Source: Buchnera aphidicola str. APS (Acyrthosiphon pisum) (lineage in GTDB: Bacteria > Pseudomonadota > Gammaproteobacteria > Enterobacterales > Enterobacteriaceae). From it: a DNA stretch of 32,000 nt. This document shows positions 1-13,715 of the stretch, piece by piece; the first letter of the stretch is position 1; every line of letters starts with the position of its first letter. Where the stretch lies: NCBI RefSeq assembly GCF_000009605.1, contig NC_002528.1, positions 330,001 to 362,000 on the forward strand, in the 5' to 3' direction. The notes under the pieces are model-generated. The model ran no database searches, had not been told where the DNA came from, and saw only the letters and a program-made list of their open reading frames with translations. Position numbers and translations under genes: made by a program.

Positions 1-104
1 TAATTTTTATATCAATGCGAAATAAATATATATATATGTGAATTGAAAAATTTAGTTTAAAATAAACTAAAAAAGTCTATTATTCTAAATAATATTTTTT
101 ATAT

Positions 105-620
105 TTAATGTGTATTAAAATAAGGAATAATTTGTTTTACCCATTGCTTTATTCTATATTCAGTTTTATTTGCTTGACGATCTTCATCTAAAATTAGTCC
201 ATAAAAATATTTTTTATTCAGTAAAGCTTTAGATTGCTCAAAATAATAGTCTTCTGTAGACCATTTTCCAATTATATTCGCTTTATTTTTTTTTAAAATA
301 TCATAAATGGTACCTATTGCATCGCAAAAATATTCACTGTAATCTTCTTGATCACCGCATCCGAATAATGCCACAATTTTATTTGAAAAATTGATTTTTT
401 TTAAAGTTGGCAAGAAATCATCCCAATCACATTGAACTTCACCATAATACCAAGTAGGGACTCCAAATATTAAAAAATTAAAATCTTCAATGTCTTTTTG
501 GGAAGTATTACTAATATCGTATAAACAAGAAACATTATCACCTATATATTTTTGAATTAATTTTGCTATCTTTTCTGTGTTTCCAGTATCACTACCAAAA
601 AAAATTCCTATTTTTTTCAT
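105..620 (-). CDS. fldA: Flavodoxin 1
   Basis: 171-aa intact ORF; FMN-phosphate loop [18 protein letters not shown] and [16 protein letters not shown] motifs typical of long-chain flavodoxins. Confidence 0.95.
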   Translation of the reverse strand: MKKIGIFFGSDTGNTEKIAKLIQKYIGDNVSCLYDISNTSQKDIEDFNFLIFGVPTWYYGEVQCDWDDFLPTLKKINFSNKIVALFGCGDQEDYSEYFCDAIGTIYDILKKNKANIIGKWSTEDYYFEQSKALLNKKYFYGLILDEDRQANKTEYRIKQWVKQIIPYFNTH

Positions 621-826
621 TTTAGTCTCTTGTAATAAAATATATTTTTAATATAGATATATGTTAATGTATTAATGTGTATTTTTTTTCTACTACAAAG
701 TAAAAATTAATTTTTATTTTTATAAAAAAATGAATTTATAGAAAGAACTATTCTAAAAATTCTTCTATAAAATAATATTTCCTAACAATATTTTTCAGCT
801 GAGTTAATATATTAAATATAAATATT

Positions 827-2278
827 ATGCAAAAAAATTTAATTTGGTTCCGTAACGATCTTCGTGTATATGACAACACGGCTCTACATCAAGCATGTCA
901 AAATGATACAGATAAAGTAATAAGTTTATTTATTTCTACTCCGAAGCAATGGCATAATCAATCCGTTTCTAAAAAAAAAATATCTTTTATGTATTATCAT
1001 TTAATTTCTTTACAAAAAGAACTATTAAAATTAAATATTATTTTATATTATCATGAATCTACTGATTTTTTAAATTCTATAGAATATCTTATTTTTTTTT
1101 GCAAAAAACATAAAGTCAATAATTTATTTTATAATTATGAGTATGCAATCAATGAACGTTATCGAGATTATTTAGTAAAAAAAAAACTATCTCAAAAAGG
1201 GTTTCTTGTAAAAGGTTTTCACGATAATCTTTTATTTTCAAATAGACAAATCAGAAACCAAAAAAATGAAACATATAAAGTTTTTACTTTTTTTAAGAAA
1301 AAAGTAATACAAAATTTACATAATAATATTCCACAATGTTTTCCTGTTCCCTCTAAACGTAAATCTGATAGAGATATTTTTTTAACTTCTATTTCTTTGA
1401 AAAATGTAAATTTAAACTTTAATAAAAATTTCTTTCCTGTTGGAGAAAAAGAGGCTATTAATCGTTTAAAAAATTTTTGTATATATAAATTTAATGATTA
1501 TTTTCTTAAACGAGATTATCCCTTTTTAGATGCTACTAGTATGCTGTCTCCATATTTATCAGCAGGAATAATATCATCTCGATATTGTCTTAAAGTGCTT
1601 TTAAAAACAAAAAACAGTCTTCCATTAAATGTTCTTCTTACGTCTCCTTGGTTTGATCAGATATTATGGCGTGAATTTTATTACCATTTATTAATTGGAT
1701 TTCCAAAAATTAGTAGATCTGAATCATTAGTAACATGGGAAAAAGAAATTCATTGGATAAATAATATAAAACATTTTAATGCCTGGAAAGAAGGAAATAC
1801 AGGTTTTCCTATAATAGATGCAGGAATGAGACAATTAAACGAACTAGGATGGATGCATAATAGATTAAGAATGATTACATCTAGTTTTTTAGTAAAAAAT
1901 CTTTTGATTAATTGGCGAGAAGGGGAGGAACATTTTATATCTAATTTAATCGATGGAGACTTAGCGCTGAATAATGGAGGATGGCAATGGTCAGCGTCAG
2001 TGGGATGTGATTCTGTACCTTATATAAGAATTTTTAATCCATTACATCAATCAAAAACTTTTGATGAATCGGGTAATTTTATAAAGAAGTTTATACCAGA
2101 ATTAAAAAACGTGCCTAATCATCATATCCATCAACCACATGAATGGTCAAAACAAAAAAATTTTAAAATAGATTATCCTAATCCTATTATTAATTATAGT
2201 GAAAGCAGAAAAACATCTTTATCGCTATTCAAACAAGCTCGATTAAAACTTCATAAAAATGGACTGAAAAATTCATGA
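827..2278 (+). CDS. phrB: Deoxyribodipyrimidine photolyase
   Basis: 483-aa ORF; N-term NLIWFRNDLRVYDNTAL; C-term FAD-binding motifs REFYYHLL, GFPIIDAGMRQLNELGWMHNRLRMITSSFLVK, DLALNNGGWQWSASVGCDS. Confidence 0.95.
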   Translation: MQKNLIWFRNDLRVYDNTALHQACQNDTDKVISLFISTPKQWHNQSVSKKKISFMYYHLISLQKELLKLNIILYYHESTDFLNSIEYLIFFCKKHKVNNLFYNYEYAINERYRDYLVKKKLSQKGFLVKGFHDNLLFSNRQIRNQKNETYKVFTFFKKKVIQNLHNNIPQCFPVPSKRKSDRDIFLTSISLKNVNLNFNKNFFPVGEKEAINRLKNFCIYKFNDYFLKRDYPFLDATSMLSPYLSAGIISSRYCLKVLLKTKNSLPLNVLLTSPWFDQILWREFYYHLLIGFPKISRSESLVTWEKEIHWINNIKHFNAWKEGNTGFPIIDAGMRQLNELGWMHNRLRMITSSFLVKNLLINWREGEEHFISNLIDGDLALNNGGWQWSASVGCDSVPYIRIFNPLHQSKTFDESGNFIKKFIPELKNVPNHHIHQPHEWSKQKNFKIDYPNPIINYSESRKTSLSLFKQARLKLHKNGLKNS

Positions 2279-3018
2279 ACAATTTTCTTTTAGAAGATAT
2301 TATCAATAAAAAATTATTATCTAATCAGTATCAAGATACAGTTCCGAATGGTTTGCAAATCGAAGGAACAGAAATAGTAAAGAAAATTATTACAGGGGTG
2401 ACTGCTTGTCAGGCTTTATTAGATAAAGCATTATTTTATAATGCCGATACTTTAATAGTTCATCATGGTTATTTTTGGAAAAATGAATCAAAATATATAC
2501 ATAACATGCAGAGACAACGATTAAAAACTATATTATCTCATAATATTAACTTGTACAGTTGGCATTTACCTTTAGATGTGCATCCTAAATTAGGAAATAA
2601 TGCTCAAATCGCTAAAAAATTAAATATTGATATTCAAGGTAGTATTTTGCCTTATGTTTTATGGGGAACAACAAAAAACAAAATGACAGGTTTTGAATTT
2701 GCTAATAAAATAGAAAGAAAATTTAAAAAATATCCTATACATCTATACGAAAATGCTCCATTGTATATTAGTCGTGTTGCTTGGTGTAGTGGTCGAGGAC
2801 AAGGTTTTATTAAAAAAGCATGTGCATTTGGAATTGATGCTTTTTTAACCGGTGAAATTTCAGAAGAAACTACTCATATTGCTAAAGAATTAGGTATTCA
2901 TTTTTTTTCTTTAGGCCATCATGCTACCGAAAAAGATGGCGTTAAATCTTTAGGTGAATGGTTGCAGAGAAAGTATGATTTATGTGTTGATTTTATTGAT
3001 ATTTATAATCCCGCTTAA
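2275..3018 (+). CDS. ybgI: NIF3-family protein YbgI (GTP cyclohydrolase 1 type 2 homolog)
   Basis: 247-aa ORF; N-terminal VPNGLQIEG, HHGYFWK and C-terminal GHHATEKDGVKSLGEWL metal-binding motifs. Confidence 0.9.
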   Translation: MNNFLLEDIINKKLLSNQYQDTVPNGLQIEGTEIVKKIITGVTACQALLDKALFYNADTLIVHHGYFWKNESKYIHNMQRQRLKTILSHNINLYSWHLPLDVHPKLGNNAQIAKKLNIDIQGSILPYVLWGTTKNKMTGFEFANKIERKFKKYPIHLYENAPLYISRVAWCSGRGQGFIKKACAFGIDAFLTGEISEETTHIAKELGIHFFSLGHHATEKDGVKSLGEWLQRKYDLCVDFIDIYNPA

Positions 3019-3133
3019 TTTTATTAAATAAAAAAGCGATTATGATAAATACAGTGAAGCGAATGTTATTATTAGAATTAATTTGATATTTTTTATTTAA
3101 AATTTTCATCACATTTTATTTAATAATTTTTAA

Positions 3134-5872
<2,739 letters not shown>

Positions 5873-5887
5873 ATAATAGGATAAAGA

Positions 5888-7150
5888 ATGAAAAAAATAA
5901 ATATTCTTGTTCCAGATTTACCAGAATCTATTAGTGATGCAACAGTTGTAAAATGGCACAAAAAAATAGGAGATACAGTTCACTGTGATGATAATATAGT
6001 TGATATTGAAACAGATAAAGTCATGTTAGAAGTATCTTCTCCATGTGATGGAATATTACAATCAATTTTAGAAAAAGAAGGGAAAGTAGTTATATCTCAA
6101 CAAACACTTGGTGAAATAAACAAATCTACTGTGGTTGATAACCATCTTTCCAATAATCATATTATTGAAAAAGAAGATAATTTATTAAAAAAAGAAGAAA
6201 AATATATAACTACGGAAGAAAAAAAAGAAATAGAATATTTATTAAAAGATAATCACAAACATCTGACTCCATCTATGAGACGATCAGTCAAAATACATAA
6301 TATTAATAATGGTTTTTTAAATCAAGTGATCGAAACAAGTAAAAAAACTAATTTTGAAAATATTATAAAAGAAGAAAAAAAAGAATCGAATCAAATTTTA
6401 TTCAATCATAATATATTTAATGCGAATGAAAATAATAAAAATAATAATAATAAGGTTACGAATCGAGTAAAAATGACTCGATTACGACAAAGAATTGCAG
6501 AACGATTACTAGATAGCAAAAATAATACAGCTATGCTAACTACTTTTCATGAAGTAAATATGAAACCAATCATACTTTTACGTAAAAAGTATGGTGAAGA
6601 TTTTGAAAAAAAACATAATGTTAGAATTGGATTTATGTCTTTTTTTGTAAAAGCAGTCATTCAAGCATTAAAAAATTTTCCAGAAATTAATGCTTACATA
6701 GATCAAACAGATATAGTTTTTTATAAAAATTTCGACATCAGTATTGCTATTTCGACGCCAAGAGGGTTGATTACTCCGGTAATAAGAAATGCTGATACAA
6801 TGACAATGGCAGAAATTGAAAAAAAAATAAAGGATTTTTCTATAAAAGGATTGCAAAATAAAATCAATATAAAAGAATTAATGGGTGGCAATTTCACCAT
6901 TACTAATGGTGGTGTTTTTGGTTCCTTAATGTCGACTCCTATTATTAACCCTCCTCAAACAGCCATATTAGGTATGCATGTAATTCAAGAACGTCCAGTA
7001 GTTGTAAATGGACAAATTAAAATTCTTCCAATGATGTATTTAGCATTATCTTATGATCATCGTTTAATAGATGGAAAAGAATCTGTCGGTTTTTTAATCA
7101 ATATAAAAAATATATTAGAAGATTTTAATCGTATTGCAATTGATGTGTAG
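5888..7150 (+). CDS. sucB: Dihydrolipoyllysine-residue succinyltransferase (2-oxoglutarate dehydrogenase E2)
   Basis: 420-aa ORF; lipoyl domain with ETDKVMLEV lipoylation site, peripheral subunit-binding domain (TPSMRRSVK), catalytic [16 protein letters not shown]. Confidence 0.96.
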   Translation: MKKINILVPDLPESISDATVVKWHKKIGDTVHCDDNIVDIETDKVMLEVSSPCDGILQSILEKEGKVVISQQTLGEINKSTVVDNHLSNNHIIEKEDNLLKKEEKYITTEEKKEIEYLLKDNHKHLTPSMRRSVKIHNINNGFLNQVIETSKKTNFENIIKEEKKESNQILFNHNIFNANENNKNNNNKVTNRVKMTRLRQRIAERLLDSKNNTAMLTTFHEVNMKPIILLRKKYGEDFEKKHNVRIGFMSFFVKAVIQALKNFPEINAYIDQTDIVFYKNFDISIAISTPRGLITPVIRNADTMTMAEIEKKIKDFSIKGLQNKINIKELMGGNFTITNGGVFGSLMSTPIINPPQTAILGMHVIQERPVVVNGQIKILPMMYLALSYDHRLIDGKESVGFLINIKNILEDFNRIAIDV

Positions 7151-7182
7151 AATTATTTTTAATAAATTAATATATAGCGCTT

Positions 7183-7229
7183 AAAAAGTACGATCATTAA
7201 ATTACTTACAAACTAGCGTACTTTTATTA
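7183..7229 (+). terminator. Candidate stem-loop/terminator between sucB and gpmA
   Basis: 9-bp perfect inverted repeat AAAAGTACG (7184-7192) / CGTACTTTT (7217-7225), 24-nt loop; the right arm is U-rich. Confidence 0.4.
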
Positions 7230-7247
7230 TATAAAAAAAGAGGAAAA

Positions 7248-7943
7248 ATGAAAATTAATCAAGTAGTTTTAATTAGACATGGTCAAAGCGAATGGAATAC
7301 ATTAAATAAATTTACTGGTTGGCATGATGCTGAATTAGATAAAAAAGGAAAAGATGAAGCTAAATTTGCTGCTATCTTATTAAAAAAAGAAAAATTTTTT
7401 TTTGATTGCGCACATACATCATTATTAAAAAGAGCAATTCATACTTTGCAATATATTTTAGATGAATTAAACCAAACCTGGTTGTCAGTTAAAAAATCCT
7501 GGCGTTTAAACGAACGACATTATGGTGCATTAGAAGGGTTAAATAAAGATGAAGTTATTGAGAAATATGGACAAAAACAAGTTCTTCTATGGAGAAGAAG
7601 TTTTGATATTAGTCCACCTCAGATTAATATAAAAGATAAACGCTTTCCAGGAAACGATCCACGCTACTCTCATTTAAATATTCATGACATCCCTCTAGGA
7701 GAGAGCTTAGAAAAAACTGCAAAACGAGTTATTCCTTATTGGAACAAAATTGTTTATCCAGAATTAAAAAATAATAAAAAAATACTTATTGTAGCGCATG
7801 GAAATTCTTTACGTGCCTTGATACAACACTTATATAAAATAGACAATAAAGCTATTTTGGATTTAAATATTCCTACTGCACAACCCATTATCTTAGATTT
7901 CGATAATGAAAAAAATCCAATTAAATGGCACTATTTAACATAA
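7248..7943 (+). CDS. gpmA: 2,3-bisphosphoglycerate-dependent phosphoglycerate mutase
   Basis: 231-aa ORF; [35 protein letters not shown] motifs. Confidence 0.97.
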   Translation: MKINQVVLIRHGQSEWNTLNKFTGWHDAELDKKGKDEAKFAAILLKKEKFFFDCAHTSLLKRAIHTLQYILDELNQTWLSVKKSWRLNERHYGALEGLNKDEVIEKYGQKQVLLWRRSFDISPPQINIKDKRFPGNDPRYSHLNIHDIPLGESLEKTAKRVIPYWNKIVYPELKNNKKILIVAHGNSLRALIQHLYKIDNKAILDLNIPTAQPIILDFDNEKNPIKWHYLT

Positions 7944-8126
7944 TTTTATTAAAAAATATTTCTTTACATTCCTTAATACTTCGATACTAAATTTATCTAG
8001 TTGTATTTATATGAATTAATATAAATATATTTTTAAAATAATCATTTTTAATAGATTTTTTAAAATTTCATTATCCATGAAAAACAAAAAAATAAAATTT
8101 TATAAAAATCAAAACAAGAGGTTCTA

Positions 8127-9089
8127 ATGATTAAAAAAATTGGAGTTTTAACTAGTGGTGGCGATGCTCCAGGGATGAATGCCGCAATTAGAGGGGTTGT
8201 TAGAACAGCACTTAGTGAAAGATTAGAAGTATTTGGAATTTATGATGGATATTTAGGTCTATATGAAAACCGTATGGTGCAACTTGATAGATATAGTGTA
8301 TCTGACATGATTAACAGAGGTGGGACATTTTTAGGGTCAGCTAGATTTGCTAGTTTTTATCAAGACAAAATACGCTCAATTGCAGTGCAAAATATAAAAA
8401 AAAGAAAAATAGATGCTCTTGTTGTCATTGGAGGTGATGGTTCTTATATAGGAGCTCAAAAATTAACAGAAATGGGTATTCCATGTATTAGCATTCCAGG
8501 TACTATCGATAATGATGTTTCAGGTACTGATTATACAATAGGTTATTTTACAGCTTTACAAACAGTGGTTGAAGCTATTGATCGATTGCGCGACACTTCT
8601 TCTTCTCACCAACGTATTTCTATTGTAGAGGTGATGGGTAGACATTGTGGAGATTTAACATTAGCTGCAGCTATTGCTGGTGGATGCGAATTTATTGTTT
8701 TACCAGAAATTGACTATAAAAAAGAAGATCTAGTTATCGAGATTCAAGCTGGCATTGCTAAGGGCAAAAAACATGCTATTGTTGCCATAACTGAATACAT
8801 TTGTGATGTAGAAGAATTAGCACAATATATTGAAAAAAAAACTAATCGAGAAACTAGAGCGACAATTCTTGGACATATCCAAAGAGGGGGTGCACCTGTA
8901 GTATATGATCGTATATTAGCATCAAGAATGGGTGCATATTCAGTTGAATTATTAATAAAAGGTTATCAGGGAAAATGTGTTGGAATACAAAATGAAAAAA
9001 TGGTTTTTAACGATATAAAAAACGCACTAAAAAATATGAAACGTACTTTTAAAAAAGATTGGTTGATTACTGCTAAAAAGTTATACTAA
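8127..9089 (+). CDS. pfkA: ATP-dependent 6-phosphofructokinase
   Basis: 320-aa ORF; [59 protein letters not shown] motifs. Confidence 0.98.
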   Translation: MIKKIGVLTSGGDAPGMNAAIRGVVRTALSERLEVFGIYDGYLGLYENRMVQLDRYSVSDMINRGGTFLGSARFASFYQDKIRSIAVQNIKKRKIDALVVIGGDGSYIGAQKLTEMGIPCISIPGTIDNDVSGTDYTIGYFTALQTVVEAIDRLRDTSSSHQRISIVEVMGRHCGDLTLAAAIAGGCEFIVLPEIDYKKEDLVIEIQAGIAKGKKHAIVAITEYICDVEELAQYIEKKTNRETRATILGHIQRGGAPVVYDRILASRMGAYSVELLIKGYQGKCVGIQNEKMVFNDIKNALKNMKRTFKKDWLITAKKLY

Positions 9090-9098
9090 TATAAAATT

Positions 9099-9128
9099 AG
9101 TGCCGGTTTCACCGGCGCTCTAGTTTTT
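9099..9128 (+). terminator. Rho-independent terminator downstream of pfkA
   Basis: GC-rich stem AGTGCCGGT-TTC-ACCGGCGCT (9 bp with one G-U pair, 3-nt loop) followed by CTAGTTTTT; unusually GC-rich for this window. Confidence 0.8.
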
Positions 9129-9154
9129 AAATAAGGTAATATAGGTTTTAAAAA

Positions 9155-9946
9155 ATGAATATTTATAGAAAAAAAAATATCATAAAAAAATGTTTTATGG
9201 AGTTTTTTGGAACAGGTTTGGTAATGTTTTTTGGCATAGGATGTTTAGCTGCTTCGAAGTTAACAAATGCTAATTTTACTCAGTTTGAAATTAGTTGTAT
9301 TTGGGGCTTTGGAGTGTCTATAGCCATCTATTTTAGTTCTTCAATATCTGGAGCTCATTTAAATCCAGCTGTTACTATCTTTTTTTGGTTGTCTTCCAAA
9401 TTGAATAAAAGAAAGGTCCTACCGTATATCATATCTCAAACACTTGGTTCTTTTTTTTTTACGATGCTAACATATTATCTTTATAATAATTTATTAATTT
9501 CATTTGAAAGAAATAATAATGTTGTAAGAGGAACTCAGGAAAGTCTTAATTTAGCTTCTATTTTTTGTGTTTATCCGAACTATAATAATAGTTTTATTTA
9601 CGACTTTATAATAGAAATATTTTCAACTGCACTTTTTATTCTGATTGTATTAGAATTTAATAATAGAAACAGTAATTATTTTTTATATAATAGATCTGTA
9701 GCACCTATCTTAACGGGTTTTTTAGTCTGCATGATTAACTTAGTTATAAATCCTTTAAATAATATAAGTTTAAATCCAGCCCGAGATTTAGGTCCGAAAA
9801 TACTTCTAAGTTTAACTGGATGGGGTCTTTTTTCCTTTACTGGAGGAAATGATAATATTTTATATTGTTTTATACCAATAATGGGTCCTATTTTAGGAGC
9901 TAATTTAGGTGGTTGGATACACAAAACTCTAATCAATAATAGTTAA
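9155..9946 (+). CDS. glpF: Glycerol uptake facilitator (aquaglyceroporin)
   Basis: 263-aa membrane protein; MIP-family signatures SGAHLNPAVT and NPARDLGPK. Confidence 0.93.
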   Translation: MNIYRKKNIIKKCFMEFFGTGLVMFFGIGCLAASKLTNANFTQFEISCIWGFGVSIAIYFSSSISGAHLNPAVTIFFWLSSKLNKRKVLPYIISQTLGSFFFTMLTYYLYNNLLISFERNNNVVRGTQESLNLASIFCVYPNYNNSFIYDFIIEIFSTALFILIVLEFNNRNSNYFLYNRSVAPILTGFLVCMINLVINPLNNISLNPARDLGPKILLSLTGWGLFSFTGGNDNILYCFIPIMGPILGANLGGWIHKTLINNS

Positions 9947-9954
9947 TTATTTTT

Positions 9955-10722
9955 TTATGAATAGTGTTCGTGTGCTATTTTTATAATTTCTAAAAATTCT
10001 TTAGCACTTAAAGATGAATTTCCAATTAATAAACCATTGATGTCTGGTTGTTCAATAAACTTTTTTACATTAGTATGATTAATAGATCCACCGTATTGAA
10101 TTATTATATCATTTCTATTGATTGAGCTATATTTTAAAATATAATTTTTTATAAATACATGTATTAGTTGAACATGTTCTGGATCTGCTGATACACCAGT
10201 TCCGATGGCCCAAATAGGTTCATAGGCAATTATTATATTTTTAAATGCTGATGTGCCTAAATTTTTTAATATCAAATTTAATTGTCTTTGAATAACCTGC
10301 TCGGTTTGATTATGTTTTTTTTCTATTTCTGTTTCACCTACACACAATATAGGTGTTAAATTTGATTTTTTAATTAAATGAAATTTTTTTGCAATGATAT
10401 CATCAGTTTCATGATGTAAAAAACGTCTTTCGGAATGCCCTATAATCACATATTTTACTCCTATATCTCGCAGCATCAAAATAGAAGTTTCACCGGTAAA
10501 TGCTCCGTTTAAATTAATATCTACGTTTTGCGAACCAAGAAAAATGTTCATATTGCTTATATTTTTACATACTCGTTCTAAATATATAGTTGGAGGAGCA
10601 ATAATAACAGTGTTTTTTTCTAAATAACTTGATGAATATAATTTTAAATATTTGAAAAAACTAGAAATCATTTTTATATTTCCATTTAATTTCCAGTTAG
10701 CTGTAATGAAGAATTTTTTCAT
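9955..10722 (-). CDS. tpiA: Triosephosphate isomerase
   Basis: 255-aa ORF; ANWKLNG, VIIGHSERR, AYEPIWAIGTG, QYGGSINHTN motifs. Confidence 0.97.
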   Translation of the reverse strand: MKKFFITANWKLNGNIKMISSFFKYLKLYSSSYLEKNTVIIAPPTIYLERVCKNISNMNIFLGSQNVDINLNGAFTGETSILMLRDIGVKYVIIGHSERRFLHHETDDIIAKKFHLIKKSNLTPILCVGETEIEKKHNQTEQVIQRQLNLILKNLGTSAFKNIIIAYEPIWAIGTGVSADPEHVQLIHVFIKNYILKYSSINRNDIIIQYGGSINHTNVKKFIEQPDINGLLIGNSSLSAKEFLEIIKIAHEHYS

Positions 10723-10820
10723 ATTTCACCTTAGTGATTTTTTAAATGATAGAAACTAAGCTTCTTTTATGAAAAAGTTATATCAAACTTAGTTTCTATT
10801 ATAAAATACATTAAGAAGTA

Positions 10821-11105
10821 TTATTTATGTATATTTGCTCGATCTCGTAATTTTTTTCCTGGTTTAAAATAAGGTACATATTTTTCATTTAGTTTGACTG
10901 ATTTGCCAGTCTTAGGATTACGACCAATGCGAGAAGATCGATAATGTAAAGAAAAGCTACCAAATCCTCGAATTTCAATTCTTTTTCCATTTGCTAATGA
11001 TATTATCATGTGTTCTAACATTTCTTTTGCAGCACGCTCTATCATTTTATTTGAAATATTAATTTTTTGTTCAGCAATTCTTTCGAATAGTTCTGATTTT
11101 ATCAT
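10821..11105 (-). CDS. ihfB: Integration host factor subunit beta
   Basis: 94-aa ORF; [18 protein letters not shown] signature [21 protein letters not shown]. Confidence 0.95.
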   Translation of the reverse strand: MIKSELFERIAEQKINISNKMIERAAKEMLEHMIISLANGKRIEIRGFGSFSLHYRSSRIGRNPKTGKSVKLNEKYVPYFKPGKKLRDRANIHK

Positions 11106-11200
11106 AAACCCTCTATATTTATAAATTTTAAAAATTCATTTATTTTTTATTATTTTAAAATATTATTGCATAATATAATTTATTTTCCATGAAAAATTAA

Positions 11201-12877
11201 TTATTCAGTATTTTTAGCAGCTTTGAATGCTTCTGTCATTACGTTAGAAAAAGAATCGTCATTTGTTTTATTGTTAGAAGGTGCTGTTAAGTCTTTTTTT
11301 TCATCTTCATCTATCATATGAATTGTAAGATAAATAATTCTATTTTTTCGGTCAAAACTCGATAATTTAACTAAAATTTTATCTTCAATTTTTAATTTAT
11401 TGATCATTGTTTCAGAATAAACACGAGTAATTTCAGTTAATTTTATTACACCTTCTAAATTTTCTGGTAGTTTTACAATGATGTTTTTTTTATCTAAAGA
11501 TTTAATTATTCCAGTAATAATTGCACCTTTTTTGTGATTTGCAATATATGTATTAAAAGGATCTTCTTCTAATTGTTTAATCCCTAAAGATATACGTTCT
11601 CTTTCTGCATCTACTTGAAGAACTACAGCAGAAATTTCATCATTCTTTTTGTATTTTACAACTGCTTCTTCACCAGGTATTGTCCAAGAAATATCAGACA
11701 AATGTACTAATCCGTCAATGCCTCCATTTAAACCAATAAAAATACCAAAATCTGTAATGGATTTTATTTTTCCAAGAACATGAACCCCTTTTTTATGAGT
11801 TTCAGAAAACTCTTTCCATGGATTTATTTTACATTGTTTTAAACCAAGAGAAATGCGACGACGTTCTTCGTCAATATCTAACACCATTACTTCAACTACA
11901 TCATTAACTGTAACTACTTTTGACGGATGAATATTTTTATTAGTCCAGTCCATTTCAGAAACATGTACAAGACCTTCGACTCCTTCTTCAATTTCTACAA
12001 AACAACCATAATCTGTTAAATTAGTTACACGGCCACTTAATTTTGTTTCTTCGGGATAACGTTTAGAGATTGCTATCCATGGATCTTCGCCTAGTTGTTT
12101 TAATCCTAATGATACGCGTGTTCTTTCTCTATCAAATTTTAAAATTTTAATATTGATTTCATCACCTACATTAACTATTTCACTAGGATGTTTGACTCTT
12201 TTCCAAGCCATATCAGTAATATGTAAAAGACCATCTACACCACCTAGATCTACAAAAGCTCCATAATCAGTTAAATTTTTAACAATACCTTTAACGTGCA
12301 TCCCTTCTTGTAAATTTTCTAATAATTGATCTCTTTCGGCACTGTTTTCTGATTCAATTACAGCACGACGTGAAACAACAACATTATTACGCTTTTGATC
12401 TAATTTTATTACTTTAAATTCTAACTCTTTTCCTTCAAGATGTATTGTATCTCTCACTGGACGAACATCTACTAAAGAACCGGGTAAAAATGCACGTATA
12501 TCATTTAATTCAACAGTAAAGCCACCTTTAACTTTACCATTAATAATTCCAATGACTGTTTCTGATTTTTCATGAGCTTTTTCTAAAATCAACCACGCTT
12601 CATGACGTTTTGCTTTTTCTCGAGATAAAAGTGTTTCTCCAAATCCATCTTCAATAGCATCTAAAGCAACATCAATTTGATCTCCTACCTGAATATCTAA
12701 TAAACCTTGAGAATTTTGAAATTGTTCAACGGGAATAGCAGATTCAGATTTAAGACCAGCATCAACTAAAACCATATCTTTTTCTATAGAGACGATGGTG
12801 CCGCGAATAATAGAACCTGGACGAGTTTTAATTTCTTTTAACGATTCTTCAAATAATTGAGCAAAAGATTCATTCAT
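11201..12877 (-). CDS. rpsA: 30S ribosomal protein S1
   Basis: 558-aa ORF; [16 protein letters not shown] plus tandem S1 RNA-binding domains ([45 protein letters not shown]). Confidence 0.98.
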   Translation of the reverse strand: MNESFAQLFEESLKEIKTRPGSIIRGTIVSIEKDMVLVDAGLKSESAIPVEQFQNSQGLLDIQVGDQIDVALDAIEDGFGETLLSREKAKRHEAWLILEKAHEKSETVIGIINGKVKGGFTVELNDIRAFLPGSLVDVRPVRDTIHLEGKELEFKVIKLDQKRNNVVVSRRAVIESENSAERDQLLENLQEGMHVKGIVKNLTDYGAFVDLGGVDGLLHITDMAWKRVKHPSEIVNVGDEINIKILKFDRERTRVSLGLKQLGEDPWIAISKRYPEETKLSGRVTNLTDYGCFVEIEEGVEGLVHVSEMDWTNKNIHPSKVVTVNDVVEVMVLDIDEERRRISLGLKQCKINPWKEFSETHKKGVHVLGKIKSITDFGIFIGLNGGIDGLVHLSDISWTIPGEEAVVKYKKNDEISAVVLQVDAERERISLGIKQLEEDPFNTYIANHKKGAIITGIIKSLDKKNIIVKLPENLEGVIKLTEITRVYSETMINKLKIEDKILVKLSSFDRKNRIIYLTIHMIDEDEKKDLTAPSNNKTNDDSFSNVMTEAFKAAKNTE

Positions 12878-13004
12878 ATTAATAATTTTGAGAAATTTTT
12901 ATTGAACGTTCATCTTAACTTCATGCTAAAATGAGCCTGTTTTATATATCTTATAATAATCCTTATTAAAGAGTGTGATATCAAAATATCAAATTAATTT
13001 TTAA

Positions 13005-13660
13005 TCATGTTTTTATCTTTTCAATAATATATCCCATGGCAGTTTTAATAACTTCCGACAAACTCATATAAGTAGAATCTAATATTATAGCATTTTTTGG
13101 TATGCATAAAGGAGAAATTAATCGATTTTGATCACGTTTATCACGCGTCTTCATTTGTATAAATAATTTCTGAAAATCAACATGATAACCATTTTTTTTT
13201 AATTCTAACATTCTTCTTTTAACACGTACTTCCAAATCAGCATTTAAAAAAAATTTAATTATAGCATCTGGAAATACTACTGTACCCATATCACGTCCTT
13301 CTGCTACTAAACCCGGCATACATCGCATCAACCTTTGTTTTTTGAGTAAAATTTTTCTAACACGAGGATAAACTGACAATTGAGAAGACACTTTACTAAT
13401 TATATCTAGATTTTTTGACTTATAAAAATAATTAATAGTTTTTTTTTAATTAATTCGGAATCTAGATTATCTAATAAGTTAACAATATTTTTTTCTATCA
13501 TAGTAATATTTTTATTTAATACCAAAAATGCTAGTAATCTATAAAATTGGCCTGACTCTAACAACGACCAATTCAATTTATTTGCTATTATTTTAGAAAG
13601 AGAGCTTTTGCCAACACCACTAGGGCCGTCAATGGTGACAACAGGAATGTGATTTATCAT
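13005..13660 (-). pseudogene. cmk: Cytidylate kinase with reading frame disrupted at an A9 tract (two ORFs: 13406-13660 N-terminal, 13005-13391 C-terminal); may still be expressed by slippage
   Basis: N-terminal ORF has P-loop VTIDGPSGVGKSSL; C-terminal ORF has [35 protein letters not shown] (cf. E. coli Cmk [35 protein letters not shown]). Adding one A to the A9 run (13439-13447, T9 on the + strand) restores one 218-codon frame: ...SELIKKK-TINYFYKSKNLDIISKVSSQLSVYPRVRK... Confidence 0.88.
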
Positions 13661-13715
13661 ATTTTAATTTTTTTATTATTAAAAAATTGTATTAAAATTT
13701 TTTTTTAAAAATTCA

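Noticed and set aside
6668-6856. 62-aa ORF antisense to sucB
   Set aside because: Shadow ORF inside a strongly conserved acyltransferase domain; composition reflects the opposite strand.
9676-9936. 86-aa ORF antisense to glpF
   Set aside because: Overlaps glpF C-terminal NPARD region; no independent support.
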